A DNA stretch of 64,000 bases from the NCBI GenBank assembly GCA_022574255.1, contig JACZSK010000003.1, forward strand, positions 7,270 through 71,269, read 5' to 3'. The notes beneath the pieces are model-generated. The model saw nothing but the letters and a program-made list of their open reading frames with translations, had not been told where the DNA came from and searched no databases. Source of the stretch: Pseudomonadota bacterium (GTDB lineage: Bacteria; Pseudomonadota; Alphaproteobacteria; Sphingomonadales; SMXR01). The position numbers were made by a program, and so were the translations under genes. Positions 27,315 to 36,510 of the stretch are shown piece after piece (position 1 is the stretch's first letter; every line of letters begins with the position of its first letter).

Positions 27315-27400
27315 AAATATCTCACGCCACCTTCCGAGAGTCAACATTATGCACCCAAATGATCGCCGGTAGAAGCGATTTGCCGGTATCTTGGTGCTGT

Positions 27401-28156
27401 TCAGGATGCCAGAAGCCCGTCATACAGCAGCTTGAACTCCATCAGCACCAATATGGAAATCAGCAGGCGATCGAATATCTCGCGGCTGATGGTCTTGGCC
27501 ATGCGCATGCCCAGCGGCAGGAAAATGACAACCGGTGCAAGTGCGATCACCCCCTCGAATACGCGCTCCGGGGTGTAAAGGCCAAGCCTGGTCAGTGAAA
27601 TTACCTGGACCACGGAGATCATCAGGAAGGTGGCCGAAATGGCGCAGACATATGAGCGCTGGGTCAGCCCGATGGCATGATAATAGGGTGCTATCACCGG
27701 CGCCGAAATGCCGCTGGTGCCCTGTACCGCCCCCGCGGCGAGGCCCGCAATCGGTCCGGCCCAGCGGTTCTGGGCGTCGCTCAGCCTGAAGCTGGGGTTG
27801 CGCCACTGGTGCAGCAGATACAGCCCCAACACACCGGCGAGCAGAAGCGACAGCCCACGGGCGCTGACATTCACCAGCACCAGCGAGCCGAGCACGCCGC
27901 CAACGGCGGCGGTGACCAGGAATGGAACCAGCCGCTTTAGCACCGGCCATTCGTCGCGGTGGGTCAAAACCAGCCAGGTATTGGAAAAGAGGCTGGGAAT
28001 AATCATGATCAGCACCGCCCGCTCGACGCCGAAAAAGCCGGCCATGATGGGCATGGCCAGAATAGGCAGGCCGACGCCGGTGATGCCCTTGGCGAAGGTG
28101 CCAACGGCAATGGCGGTGACGATAATCAGTATGACCGGGAGTGTAAGCGCGTCCAT
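27401..28156 (-). CDS. TauE/SafE-family (DUF81) anion exporter/permease
   Basis: 251 aa and polytopic. The N-terminus ...AVGTFAKGITGVGLPILAMPIM is typical of TauE/SafE. Confidence 0.8.
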   Translation of the reverse strand: MDALTLPVILIIVTAIAVGTFAKGITGVGLPILAMPIMAGFFGVERAVLIMIIPSLFSNTWLVLTHRDEWPVLKRLVPFLVTAAVGGVLGSLVLVNVSARGLSLLLAGVLGLYLLHQWRNPSFRLSDAQNRWAGPIAGLAAGAVQGTSGISAPVIAPYYHAIGLTQRSYVCAISATFLMISVVQVISLTRLGLYTPERVFEGVIALAPVVIFLPLGMRMAKTISREIFDRLLISILVLMEFKLLYDGLLAS

Positions 28157-28232
28157 TCTGCTCGGTTTTCCTGGTGGTTTTACTCGGTCTGGGCCAGCCC
28201 CGTTATTAACGCCATGATTTCGCTATAGCTAG

Positions 28233-28246
28233 TGCAATCGTTTGCA
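28233..28246. promoter_or_regulatory. Operator-like palindrome copy 2: TGCAATCGTTTGCA
   Basis: In the divergent region between the TauE-like gene (ATG 28156) and the MFS gene (ATG 28339). Confidence 0.65.
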
Positions 28247-28338
28247 GTATAAGAGAATATGCACAGGGACAGCAACTCGGATAATAGAGCCGCAGGGCCA
28301 TATCCATTAATTTTGGCGGAGCAACGGGGGCAGGGCAG

Positions 28339-29658
28339 ATGACAGCCGGGGAGCAGGAGACAGGGGAGCAGGAAGCGGGGGCGCAAGCGGCGGCGGACGA
28401 GGGCAGGTCGCTGATATCATTCAACGGCAAGGTGGCGTTGCTCGTGGCAACGGCATTGGCGCTCTTGGGGACGCCGCTGGTCTCGCCGGCAATGAAGGAT
28501 ATCGCCATTGCCTTTGCCGACCAGACCCAGACCGACCCGGTGGGGCGGGCGATCATGGAGCTTATCGGCTGGTTCAGTGATACCGCCGATATAAAATTCC
28601 TGATTAAATTCATCCTCCTGTCGATCCCCGCGCTTTTCATCGTGCTGGCGGCGCCGCTGGCCGGCTGGCTGTCGGATATCTGGGGGCGCAGGAAGCTGCT
28701 GATCGCATCCCTGCTGCTGTTTGCCGCGGCCGGCACGTCGGGCTATTTCGTCGACACCCTGACCGGGCTGTTTATCGGCCGCGCCTTTTTGGGTATCGGC
28801 ATCGCCGGCATCAAAACACTCAGCGTCGCCATGGTCGGCGACTACTTCACCGGCGCCGAACGGGCCAAATTTATTGGCTGGCAGGGCGCCGCCATGAAAC
28901 TGGGCGGCGTGGTTTTCCTGCTGTTGGGCGGCTTCCTGGCCGACATCCATTGGTCGATACCCTTCTGGGGATATATGCTGGCCTTCGTAGCCTTGCCCGG
29001 CGTCCTGTTCTCTCTTCATGAAAGCGCCCCGCAAAAGACCGCGGTTGCCGCTGGCGATACCGCCGCGCCGCTTCCGCCGCTGCCGCTGCTGCGTGTCGCC
29101 TATATATTGTTTGCCGCCTTTGTCGCCTCGGTGCTGTTTTTCATAACCCTGGTACAGATACCGTTCTTCATCCCCGAGCGGTTTGGCGGCACACCGGGGC
29201 AGATCGGCGTCGCCACGGCCCTGGCGAATTTAAGTGCGGCCATCGTCGCCATGCAATTTTACCGCTTCAAGGCGCGGCTCAGTTATGTGGCTATTTTCGC
29301 CTATGTCTTTTTCATGGTCGGGCTGGGATACGCGGTGGTCGCCATAGCCCCCAGCTACGAGGTGTTGTTGGTCGGCATGGTGATCGCGGGCTGCGGTTTC
29401 AGCCAGATCGTGCCGGCGCAAAGTGCATGGATGATTGCAACTGTGCCTGCGGCGCGCCGCGGCCTCGGCATAGGCCTGGTCACCACCGCCATGTTTCTCG
29501 GTCAGTTCGCTTCGCCCATCGCCATCCAGCCTTTTGTCGACGAAGCCGACCCCGCCCGTGTTTTCGTGGTGGCGAGCGCGGCGCTGTTCGTGTTGTTCAT
29601 TGTCTACGCGGGCCAGGCATTCATGGCGCGGAAATCGGTCGCGACGGAGGCCGGATAA
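28339..29658 (+). CDS. MFS transporter
   Basis: 439 aa, about 12 TM segments, MFS loop motif (LSDIWGRRKLL). Confidence 0.8.
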   Translation: MTAGEQETGEQEAGAQAAADEGRSLISFNGKVALLVATALALLGTPLVSPAMKDIAIAFADQTQTDPVGRAIMELIGWFSDTADIKFLIKFILLSIPALFIVLAAPLAGWLSDIWGRRKLLIASLLLFAAAGTSGYFVDTLTGLFIGRAFLGIGIAGIKTLSVAMVGDYFTGAERAKFIGWQGAAMKLGGVVFLLLGGFLADIHWSIPFWGYMLAFVALPGVLFSLHESAPQKTAVAAGDTAAPLPPLPLLRVAYILFAAFVASVLFFITLVQIPFFIPERFGGTPGQIGVATALANLSAAIVAMQFYRFKARLSYVAIFAYVFFMVGLGYAVVAIAPSYEVLLVGMVIAGCGFSQIVPAQSAWMIATVPAARRGLGIGLVTTAMFLGQFASPIAIQPFVDEADPARVFVVASAALFVLFIVYAGQAFMARKSVATEAG

Positions 29659-29677
29659 AAACAAGGGGAGCGAACCA

Positions 29678-30709
29678 GTGGCGATAGACTGTAGCAGGAT
29701 ACGAAGACCGGGTGCGGCAGCAACGCTGGCGTTGGGATTGCTGCTTGTCGCATGCGACGGCACATCCGCGGGCGACGATGCCGCGGGATCGGTCGCTGCA
29801 CAGATCAATCCTGAAAATGTGCTGATTATCGAGCAGGTCGAGGGCTCGGATATTCCGGTCCGCTTGATGTATGTCGAGGTCATCGACGGGCTTTATGCGC
29901 CGATTGGAATTCGCAAGCCCGCCGGAGACGGCCCGTTCCCGATGGTTCTTTTCGCTTCCGGCAATGGCGGTGGTGGCATGGCATGGATCAGGGAGGCCAC
30001 CCGGAACCGGAGTTGGGCCCAGGAACGGCTGGTTGAGGCCGGTTACGCCGTTGCCTGGTTGCGTTACCGCGCGGAAGTGGAACTGGGCTATAACAACGGC
30101 GGAAAGCTGGTTCAGGGCGTTCGCCAGGGCCGTCAGCTTCTCAATCGCAGCCCCCTGGAATACGAAGACGAGATCGCAATTATCGAGTTCGTGAAGAAAC
30201 TCGATTTTGTCGACCCTGATCGGATCGGGATCGTCGGGCTCAGCCACGGCGGCGAGATGGTGCTCAAAATCCTGTCCGAATACGGCGGTGTTGCGGTGGG
30301 CATAGCGAACGAGCCGGCCAGTCACGAATTTCTTGCCCTGAGACCGCCCGAAGAATCGACCTCTGTGAGCCAGGATACGAAAATGCGAGACCTTGAAGAG
30401 ATGCAGTTGCGCACCGCCAGCGCCGTCCGCTCGCGGGTCGATCTGGATGTGGCATTGGCGCGAATCGCAACAATCAATACGCCTGTTCTGGTCATGGGCC
30501 GGGATCAGGATCACCTCCAGGGAATATTCCGCACCACCTACGAGTTGATGGCCGAGGCCGGAAAAGACGTGGAATGGGTTTCATACGAACATCCGGAACA
30601 TGGCTATATCTATCCCTATCGGGGCGAGGACGGCGCCTACCGCGTGGACGATGTGCAGATTGAGGCGCTGGGCAAAGCCATCGCCTATCTCGATCGCTAT
30701 CTGAAATAG
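29678..30709 (+). CDS. Alpha/beta-hydrolase lipoprotein (S9 / dienelactone-hydrolase-like)
   Basis: The track start at 29534 overlaps the MFS gene. I chose GTG 29678, 7 nt after an AAGGGGAG SD. Lipobox LLLVAC. Nucleophile elbow GLSHGGEM. C-terminal HPEHGY. Confidence 0.7.
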   Translation: MAIDCSRIRRPGAAATLALGLLLVACDGTSAGDDAAGSVAAQINPENVLIIEQVEGSDIPVRLMYVEVIDGLYAPIGIRKPAGDGPFPMVLFASGNGGGGMAWIREATRNRSWAQERLVEAGYAVAWLRYRAEVELGYNNGGKLVQGVRQGRQLLNRSPLEYEDEIAIIEFVKKLDFVDPDRIGIVGLSHGGEMVLKILSEYGGVAVGIANEPASHEFLALRPPEESTSVSQDTKMRDLEEMQLRTASAVRSRVDLDVALARIATINTPVLVMGRDQDHLQGIFRTTYELMAEAGKDVEWVSYEHPEHGYIYPYRGEDGAYRVDDVQIEALGKAIAYLDRYLK

Positions 30710-30789
30710 GCGCGGCAGGTACCTGGCAGGCCGCCGCAGCCATCATCGCAAAAATCGCTTGAGAACAAGAAGGCGTTGGCGTAGACTTC

Positions 30790-30805
30790 ATGCAATCGTT
30801 TGCAT
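30790..30805. promoter_or_regulatory. Operator-like palindrome copy 3: ATGCAATCGTTTGCAT
   Basis: 74 bp upstream of the TonB-dependent receptor ATG at 30879. Confidence 0.7.
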
Positions 30806-30878
30806 AAACCATTGAGCTGATAATCCTTGGGCGTGCAAATCGGAAGAAGCCCCGCGAGGGCATTAGGGAGGTCATAAA

Positions 30879-33185
30879 ATGTGCAAGACTCAATATTTCA
30901 AAGTTACGACCGCGCTGCTCACGTCGTTGATGGCGCTTGGTGTAGTGGACGCCCCGGTTTTGGCGCAAGACTCGAGTGACGCGGTGTTGGAGGAAATTCT
31001 TGTCACCTCGCGGCGCTACGAGGAAAGTGCGCAGGATGCGCCGGTGTCCGTGAATGTCATCACTGCCGATTATTTTGAAAAACAGCGCATCGAAACGGTC
31101 GATGACATTATCCAGTTGACGCCTGGCGCCAGCTTCATCCGCTTCAACAAGCTGCAGTCCGAATATAACATTCGTGGCATCAACGCCAATGCCGAGGGCT
31201 CGTCGGTTGAAGCAGCCATCGTCACCGTGATCGACAATATTCCTGTATCCAAGGACTTCATGAAAAACCCGGCGATGTTCGATATTGCGCGGGTTGAGGT
31301 TTTGCGCGGACCGCAGGGCACTTCTTTCGGGCGTAACGCATCGGCCGGGCTGGTGCATATTATTTCCCAGCGGCCGAGCCAGGAATTTAGCGGAAGAATT
31401 ACCGCCGGCGCCGGCAGCCATGGCCTCTTCGAGGCCGACGGGTATATTAACGGGGCTCTGTCAGAGACGCTGTCCGCCCGCCTCGCTTTCAATGTGGACA
31501 GCTACGATGGCTACACCGAATCGACCTCGACGGGCGAGGGCCTGGACGGGCAAAAGAATTTCGCCATTCGCGGATCGCTGCTGTTTGAGCCGAGCAGCAA
31601 TCTCAGCATTTACCTGAAGGTGGAATATAACAAGGACGATGATGAAACGCCGGTGCGCCGCTCACGGGATTGTACAATCCCGACTCTTGACCCAACTGCC
31701 GGCCCGCCTCATCCGATTTGGGCTGCGGCTTATACCGATTCCTGCGACGTCTGGAAGACCGAAATTTCGGACGGTGATTTTTTCGTCAAACGCGAGATAT
31801 TCAATTTTACCGGCGAGATCGTCTACGAATTTGGCGACGGCATCACCCTGACTTCGGAAACCGGCTATCTGGACGGGTCCACCGACCGGCTGCAGGAAGC
31901 TCATGGCACGCCGGAAAATGTTCTGTGGCAGCGCGGCGTGTCAGACGCCAGCTCATTCAGCCAGGAATTGAGATTGGACAATCATGCCAGCGACGCGGCT
32001 TTTCGCTGGCTGGCAGGCGTCTATTATCTGACCGACGAGCATGACAAGTTCGACGAGAATCAGTTCTTCCAGAACGGTGGCGCCGGGCGGCCCGATACGC
32101 GGGACACCAAAATCTCGCGTAACGAGTCAGACAGCATCGGCCTGTTTGGCGAGCTGACATATGATGTTAGCGACAGGCTCACTGTCACCGGCGGCGCACG
32201 CTGGACCAAGGACGACAAGGACTATCAGATCGCCCATACGGCCTTTGGCTGGGGCGGGCCCATAGACGGGGTCAGTGGCCCCGAAGGGACCTGTAATTTC
32301 TTCCCGCCGGGCGGTCAGTTTATCTGTGGTCTCTCCGGTTTCTCAACACCCGTTGCCGTAAGTGACAGTTGGAGCGATGTGGCCTTCAAGGGCTCGGCGA
32401 GCTATCGCATTAGCGACGAGCATGTGGTCTATGCCCTTATTTCTCAGGGCTATAAAGCCGGTGGCTTCCAGTCCGAGCCGCTGACGGTAGCCTTGGCTCA
32501 GGAATCCTTCAACGAAGAAACGTCCACCAGTTACGAGCTGGGCTGGAAGGGCGAGATCAGCGGTCGGGCGCGCTTCAGCATTGCCGCTTATTTCCAGGAG
32601 TATAATGATCTGCAACTGTCTGGATTTCGCACCACGGCGACCAGCTTCAGCCAGATTATTTTCAACGCCGGCGGTGTCGAGACTCTGGGAATTGAGGCCG
32701 AGGCGACCATCCTTGTGACACCGGATTTCCGCCTCAACGGCAGTCTGGCGGTCCTGGATACAAAATTGAAGGACACCTTCCTGGACACCGACGGAGACGG
32801 TGTTGATGAGGACTTCAGCGGCTTCCGGCCCGACAATGCGCCCAAATGGACCGCTACATTCAACGCCGAATATGACTTCCACCTGTCCGGCGGCTCGACC
32901 ATAACGCTGAGGGCCGACTATCGCGGCCGCAGCAGCATCTGGGATGACATTATTGACCGCGACCTGGTCACCGATACGCGGCTGCGTCCCGGTGCCGATG
33001 TCTTCGGCGCTCGCATCTCCTGGCTGTCCGAGGACGAAACAATAACGGCATCGCTGTGGGGCAAAAATTTGTTCGAGGAAGAGGAAATCCTCAATATCGG
33101 ACCGCCTCAGCCCAATACGCTGCAGTTGCCGGTGGCCTTCGGTCCGCCGCGCACCTTTGGCGGATCGGTCAGCTATCGATTCTGA
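30879..33185 (+). CDS. TonB-dependent receptor
   Basis: 768 aa. Signal peptide (...VLAQ). Plug motifs (ILVTSRRYEE..DAPVSVNVIT, VEVLRGPQGTSFGRNA). The beta-barrel ends ...GGSVSYRF. Confidence 0.9.
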   Translation: MCKTQYFKVTTALLTSLMALGVVDAPVLAQDSSDAVLEEILVTSRRYEESAQDAPVSVNVITADYFEKQRIETVDDIIQLTPGASFIRFNKLQSEYNIRGINANAEGSSVEAAIVTVIDNIPVSKDFMKNPAMFDIARVEVLRGPQGTSFGRNASAGLVHIISQRPSQEFSGRITAGAGSHGLFEADGYINGALSETLSARLAFNVDSYDGYTESTSTGEGLDGQKNFAIRGSLLFEPSSNLSIYLKVEYNKDDDETPVRRSRDCTIPTLDPTAGPPHPIWAAAYTDSCDVWKTEISDGDFFVKREIFNFTGEIVYEFGDGITLTSETGYLDGSTDRLQEAHGTPENVLWQRGVSDASSFSQELRLDNHASDAAFRWLAGVYYLTDEHDKFDENQFFQNGGAGRPDTRDTKISRNESDSIGLFGELTYDVSDRLTVTGGARWTKDDKDYQIAHTAFGWGGPIDGVSGPEGTCNFFPPGGQFICGLSGFSTPVAVSDSWSDVAFKGSASYRISDEHVVYALISQGYKAGGFQSEPLTVALAQESFNEETSTSYELGWKGEISGRARFSIAAYFQEYNDLQLSGFRTTATSFSQIIFNAGGVETLGIEAEATILVTPDFRLNGSLAVLDTKLKDTFLDTDGDGVDEDFSGFRPDNAPKWTATFNAEYDFHLSGGSTITLRADYRGRSSIWDDIIDRDLVTDTRLRPGADVFGARISWLSEDETITASLWGKNLFEEEEILNIGPPQPNTLQLPVAFGPPRTFGGSVSYRF

Positions 33186-33213
33186 TGCAGGGATAATGAC
33201 ATCATTGACCTGG

Positions 33214-33247
33214 GAAAGTGGCAGTACAGGATTGTGCTGCCACTTTC
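33214..33247 (+). terminator. Putative intrinsic terminator after the TonB-dependent receptor
   Basis: Perfect 11-bp inverted repeat GAAAGTGGCAG-N12-CTGCCACTTTC, 29 nt after the stop. The trailing U-tract is weak (TTGCGGGTTTG). Confidence 0.4.
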
Positions 33248-33309
33248 TTGCGGGTTTGATATCTTAATCAGGAGAGGCCGGAATTGATCGGTAGAGCCGG
33301 AGGGTGACA

Positions 33310-34338
33310 ATGTCAGGAATTTCGCCAGACCGCCGCAGGATTATCAAGGCCGCCGCCGCCGCGGTTGGCGTCGCTGCGTTATCGCCATTGCGGGGCCTGG
33401 CGATGGCCGCCGCCAGGCCTGGTCTTCAGGCGATCGAACTGATCAGCTTTCCCGGCAGCTACAATGTCATTCTGTGGGCGGCTGCGGAATTGGGTTTTTT
33501 TGCCGCCGAGGGGCTGGCGGTCGGCCATGAACTGACCACCACTTCCATGTATCTGGCGCGCAAGACAGTGGCCGGAGATTTTCACATCGCCATCGCCGCA
33601 ATTGACAATGTGGTGGCCTACAACGAGGGTCAGGGCCAAGTGGTGCTGGATCGGCCCGCGGACCTGTTCGCCTTCATGAATCTCAGGCCCAATACCGTGC
33701 TGCCACTTCTGGTTCAGGGAGACATCGCCACTTTCGATGACTTGCGGGGCCGCACCCTGGCGGTGGACGCCATTTCCACGGGATTCTCCTTTGTCCTGCG
33801 CAAAATTCTCGAGGTTCATGGTCTGGGCCCCGAGGATTATGAGCTGGTCTCGGTGGGTAACGCCCGGGACCGCCTGCAGGCCCTGAAAGCGGGCGATCAC
33901 GCCGGTGCGGTTCTGACACCGCCCTTCGACGGCATGGCCAAAGCCGCCGGACTGAAAGTACTTGGCTCCAGCGCCGACGCTTTTCCCCAGTACCAGGGCA
34001 CCTGTTTTATTTCCACGCGGCGCTGGGCCAATAGTAACCGCGCCAGCCTTGTGGCGTTCACTCGCGCCGTGTTGCGCGCCGGGGCCTGGCTGAAAGACCC
34101 TGTCAACCGGGCGGAGGCCGCAAATATTCTCGTGCGGAACATGCCGCAACTCAGCGCTAAAGCGGCTGCAGGGGCGGTGGCGGGGTTGGCCGCGCGCCTC
34201 GACCCTGATCTGAATATGGCGGGGATCGAGACCGTGCTGGCGCTGCGTTCGCAATATGCCGTACCCGCCAGAAAACTGGATGACCCGATGCGATATATCG
34301 ACCTGTCTTATCTCAACGCGGCGCAGGCCAGCCTCTGA
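33310..34338 (+). CDS. Tat-signal periplasmic substrate-binding protein (NMT1/THI5, NitT/TauT-like) with no cognate ABC permease or ATPase nearby
   Basis: ATG 33310 lies 6 nt after a GGAGGG SD (the track start is GTG 33304). Twin-arginine signal (PDRRRIIKAAAAAVG). SBP-like body (FPGSYNVILWAAAELGFF...). Confidence 0.65.
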   Translation: MSGISPDRRRIIKAAAAAVGVAALSPLRGLAMAAARPGLQAIELISFPGSYNVILWAAAELGFFAAEGLAVGHELTTTSMYLARKTVAGDFHIAIAAIDNVVAYNEGQGQVVLDRPADLFAFMNLRPNTVLPLLVQGDIATFDDLRGRTLAVDAISTGFSFVLRKILEVHGLGPEDYELVSVGNARDRLQALKAGDHAGAVLTPPFDGMAKAAGLKVLGSSADAFPQYQGTCFISTRRWANSNRASLVAFTRAVLRAGAWLKDPVNRAEAANILVRNMPQLSAKAAAGAVAGLAARLDPDLNMAGIETVLALRSQYAVPARKLDDPMRYIDLSYLNAAQASL

Positions 34339-34378
34339 GGCTTCCGGCGCCATCCGCGTGTCCTTGAAGGGGGTTAAA

Positions 34379-35929
34379 ATGCCAAAAAAACCACAGCGCC
34401 GTGACGTCTTGTGTGGTGGTACAGCGCTCTTGGCCGGCGGCCTGCTGGGAATCGGTGCAGGCAGCCGCAGGGCTCTCGCCAACAACCATCCGCACCCCCA
34501 TGAGGGCAGCCTCGATTACATCGATCCCAAAACCTATGTTGCCGGCTGCGAGGTGCATAACCACTTCAAGGGCGGGCCGCGCATCGGCGGCAAATCCCAG
34601 ATGATGGCGATCGGCAAGCGGCGCTACCTTTTCACCGGCGGGCAGGTGTGGGACGTCAGCGAGGCCGCCAGCCCGGTTCTGATCAACGGCAAGGCTTTTG
34701 TTGGCCGCCAGGTGCAGTTGGCCTTCAACAAGAAGATTGGTAAATGGATTCTCATGACCGGCGCCGCGCCGCCGCCGACTTCCTCGAAGCCCGGCGCACC
34801 GAACGGCAAGTATGATGATCCGGGACTCATCGATAGCGTGCTGAATTACCGGGGGCTGCGCGGCGTGCGCATATACGACGCCACCGACCCCGCCAACGTG
34901 ACGCTTTTGTCCATGTGGAGTTGCGACCAGGGTGACCCCACCCGCGCCGTCCAGACCGGCGGCGGCACCCACCGGAACTATTATGACGGCGGGCGCTACG
35001 CTTATCTGGATGCCTCGCCCGACAACAGTTTCACCCATATGGAAAGCCCCGTGCGCTATTACACCAACTGCCTGCAGATCATTGATCTGGAGGACCCGGC
35101 CAAGCCAAAATTTGTTTCCAACTGGTGGTTTCCGGGGCAGCGCGCCGACGAAAAAGCCGCCTACAGGCAATGGCGCGAGTATGGCGACAGATCTTCCTTC
35201 ACCGCCGCCCACGGCGGTTTCTATGTGCCGCGCCGGGTCGAGGATGGCGGCAAATATTGTTACTGCTCCTACGGGTCCTTCGGGATGACGGTCCATGACG
35301 TTTCGGACCCGAAAAATCCCCGGCTGGTCAGCCGCTGGCGGCCACCCTATCTGCCCGGGGCAATTCCCTTTCACACCGCCGATGTGAGCTGGCTGGACCG
35401 GGGCATCGTAATCGGCACCGCCGAGACGCTGAACCCGGATTGTAACGAGCCCTTCCACGACAATTATGTGCTGGATATGCGGGATGTCGCGAATCCCAAG
35501 CCGATTGCCGCCTTTGGCCGCTGGGCGACGCCGGACGCCGCACCCTATGATGACTTTTGCAACAAGCGCGGCCGCTTTGGCACCCATAACCCGCCACATC
35601 TGAAGGCACCGGGCCGGCGCCACAAGTCCTTCATCGGTTACGCTGCGTTTAACGCCGGTTTCCAGTTCATGGATTTCTCCGACCCGGCAAACCCGAAAAT
35701 GGACGGGCACTTCATCCCGGCCAGCGGCGGCACTATGGACAACCCGGCCAGCTTTAACCGCGTTGGCGATGGACTGTTCGTGGAATGGGACCGCCGCCTG
35801 ATCTGGGCCTTCGCCTCAACCGGGATTTACCTATTGTCGCACCCCTCGCTGGGCAAGCCCGACTTCGCGCCGCGCGCGGTCAGCGAATGGAGCCTTCCCG
35901 GCCTGAACGCGGGTCATGACGGGGGTTAG
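34379..35929 (+). CDS. Tat-signal LVIVD-repeat beta-propeller protein, function unknown
   Basis: ATG 34379 (MPKKPQRRDVLCGGTALLAGG...RRALA). At least 5 LVIVD-type repeats (VRIYDATDPANV, LQIIDLEDPAKPKF, MTVHDVSDPKNPRL, YVLDMRDVANPKPI, FQFMDFSDPANPKM). Confidence 0.6.
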   Translation: MPKKPQRRDVLCGGTALLAGGLLGIGAGSRRALANNHPHPHEGSLDYIDPKTYVAGCEVHNHFKGGPRIGGKSQMMAIGKRRYLFTGGQVWDVSEAASPVLINGKAFVGRQVQLAFNKKIGKWILMTGAAPPPTSSKPGAPNGKYDDPGLIDSVLNYRGLRGVRIYDATDPANVTLLSMWSCDQGDPTRAVQTGGGTHRNYYDGGRYAYLDASPDNSFTHMESPVRYYTNCLQIIDLEDPAKPKFVSNWWFPGQRADEKAAYRQWREYGDRSSFTAAHGGFYVPRRVEDGGKYCYCSYGSFGMTVHDVSDPKNPRLVSRWRPPYLPGAIPFHTADVSWLDRGIVIGTAETLNPDCNEPFHDNYVLDMRDVANPKPIAAFGRWATPDAAPYDDFCNKRGRFGTHNPPHLKAPGRRHKSFIGYAAFNAGFQFMDFSDPANPKMDGHFIPASGGTMDNPASFNRVGDGLFVEWDRRLIWAFASTGIYLLSHPSLGKPDFAPRAVSEWSLPGLNAGHDGG

Positions 35930-36012
35930 AGCACCCGGTGCAGGTTGCTCGCTGAAAATTGATCCGGGCCGGGTCCGGGCACTCTTGGCCCGGCGAGCGA
36001 ATCGGAGTATAC

Positions 36013-36026
36013 TGCAAACGATTGCA
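36013..36026. promoter_or_regulatory. Operator-like palindrome copy 4: TGCAAACGATTGCA
   Basis: 29 bp upstream of the 2Fe-2S subunit ATG at 36055. Confidence 0.65.
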
Positions 36027-36054
36027 TGCATCTGATCTATACGGGGATATTTGA

Positions 36055-36507
36055 ATGGTTGCTTTCACCCTTAATGGCCGGGAGGTGGATGTCGCCGCCG
36101 ACCCCGATGCGCCGCTGTTGTGGATTATCCGCGAACATCTGAAATTGACCGGCACGAAATTCGGCTGCCACGCCGGATTGTGCGGGGCCTGTACAGTGCA
36201 TATCGACGGTAAATCACGATTTTCCTGCCAGACCACGCTGTCGGAAGTCGCGGGCAAGTCGGTAACCACCATCGAGGGCCTGTCGGCCAATTCCGATCAT
36301 CCCTTGCAGAAGGCATGGGTCGCAGAGCAGGCCCCGCAATGTGGCTATTGCCAGTCGGGCCAGATCATGCGCGCCGCTGATCTGTTGTCGCGCAACCCGG
36401 ACCCCAGCCGCGACGAGATCAAGCGCCATATGAACACGAATATTTGCCGCTGCGGCACCTACCCGAGAATTGTGCGCGCCATCGAACGCGCGGCGAAGGA
36501 GGGTTAG
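36055..36507 (+). CDS. (2Fe-2S)-binding small subunit of an aldehyde-oxidase / isoquinoline-1-oxidoreductase-type molybdo-hydroxylase (IorA-like)
   Basis: 150 aa. CHAGLCGACTV and CGYCQSGQIM...CRCGTY are the two 2Fe-2S motifs of the xanthine dehydrogenase family. Confidence 0.9.
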   Translation: MVAFTLNGREVDVAADPDAPLLWIIREHLKLTGTKFGCHAGLCGACTVHIDGKSRFSCQTTLSEVAGKSVTTIEGLSANSDHPLQKAWVAEQAPQCGYCQSGQIMRAADLLSRNPDPSRDEIKRHMNTNICRCGTYPRIVRAIERAAKEG

Positions 36508-36510
36508 GCC

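Noticed and set aside
35964-35993. Hairpin CCGGGCC-N16-GGCCCGG after the LVIVD gene, considered as an intrinsic terminator.
   Set aside because: The loop is large and no T-tract follows. The iorA operator and promoter lie immediately downstream, so termination here is unproven. I did not list it as a feature.
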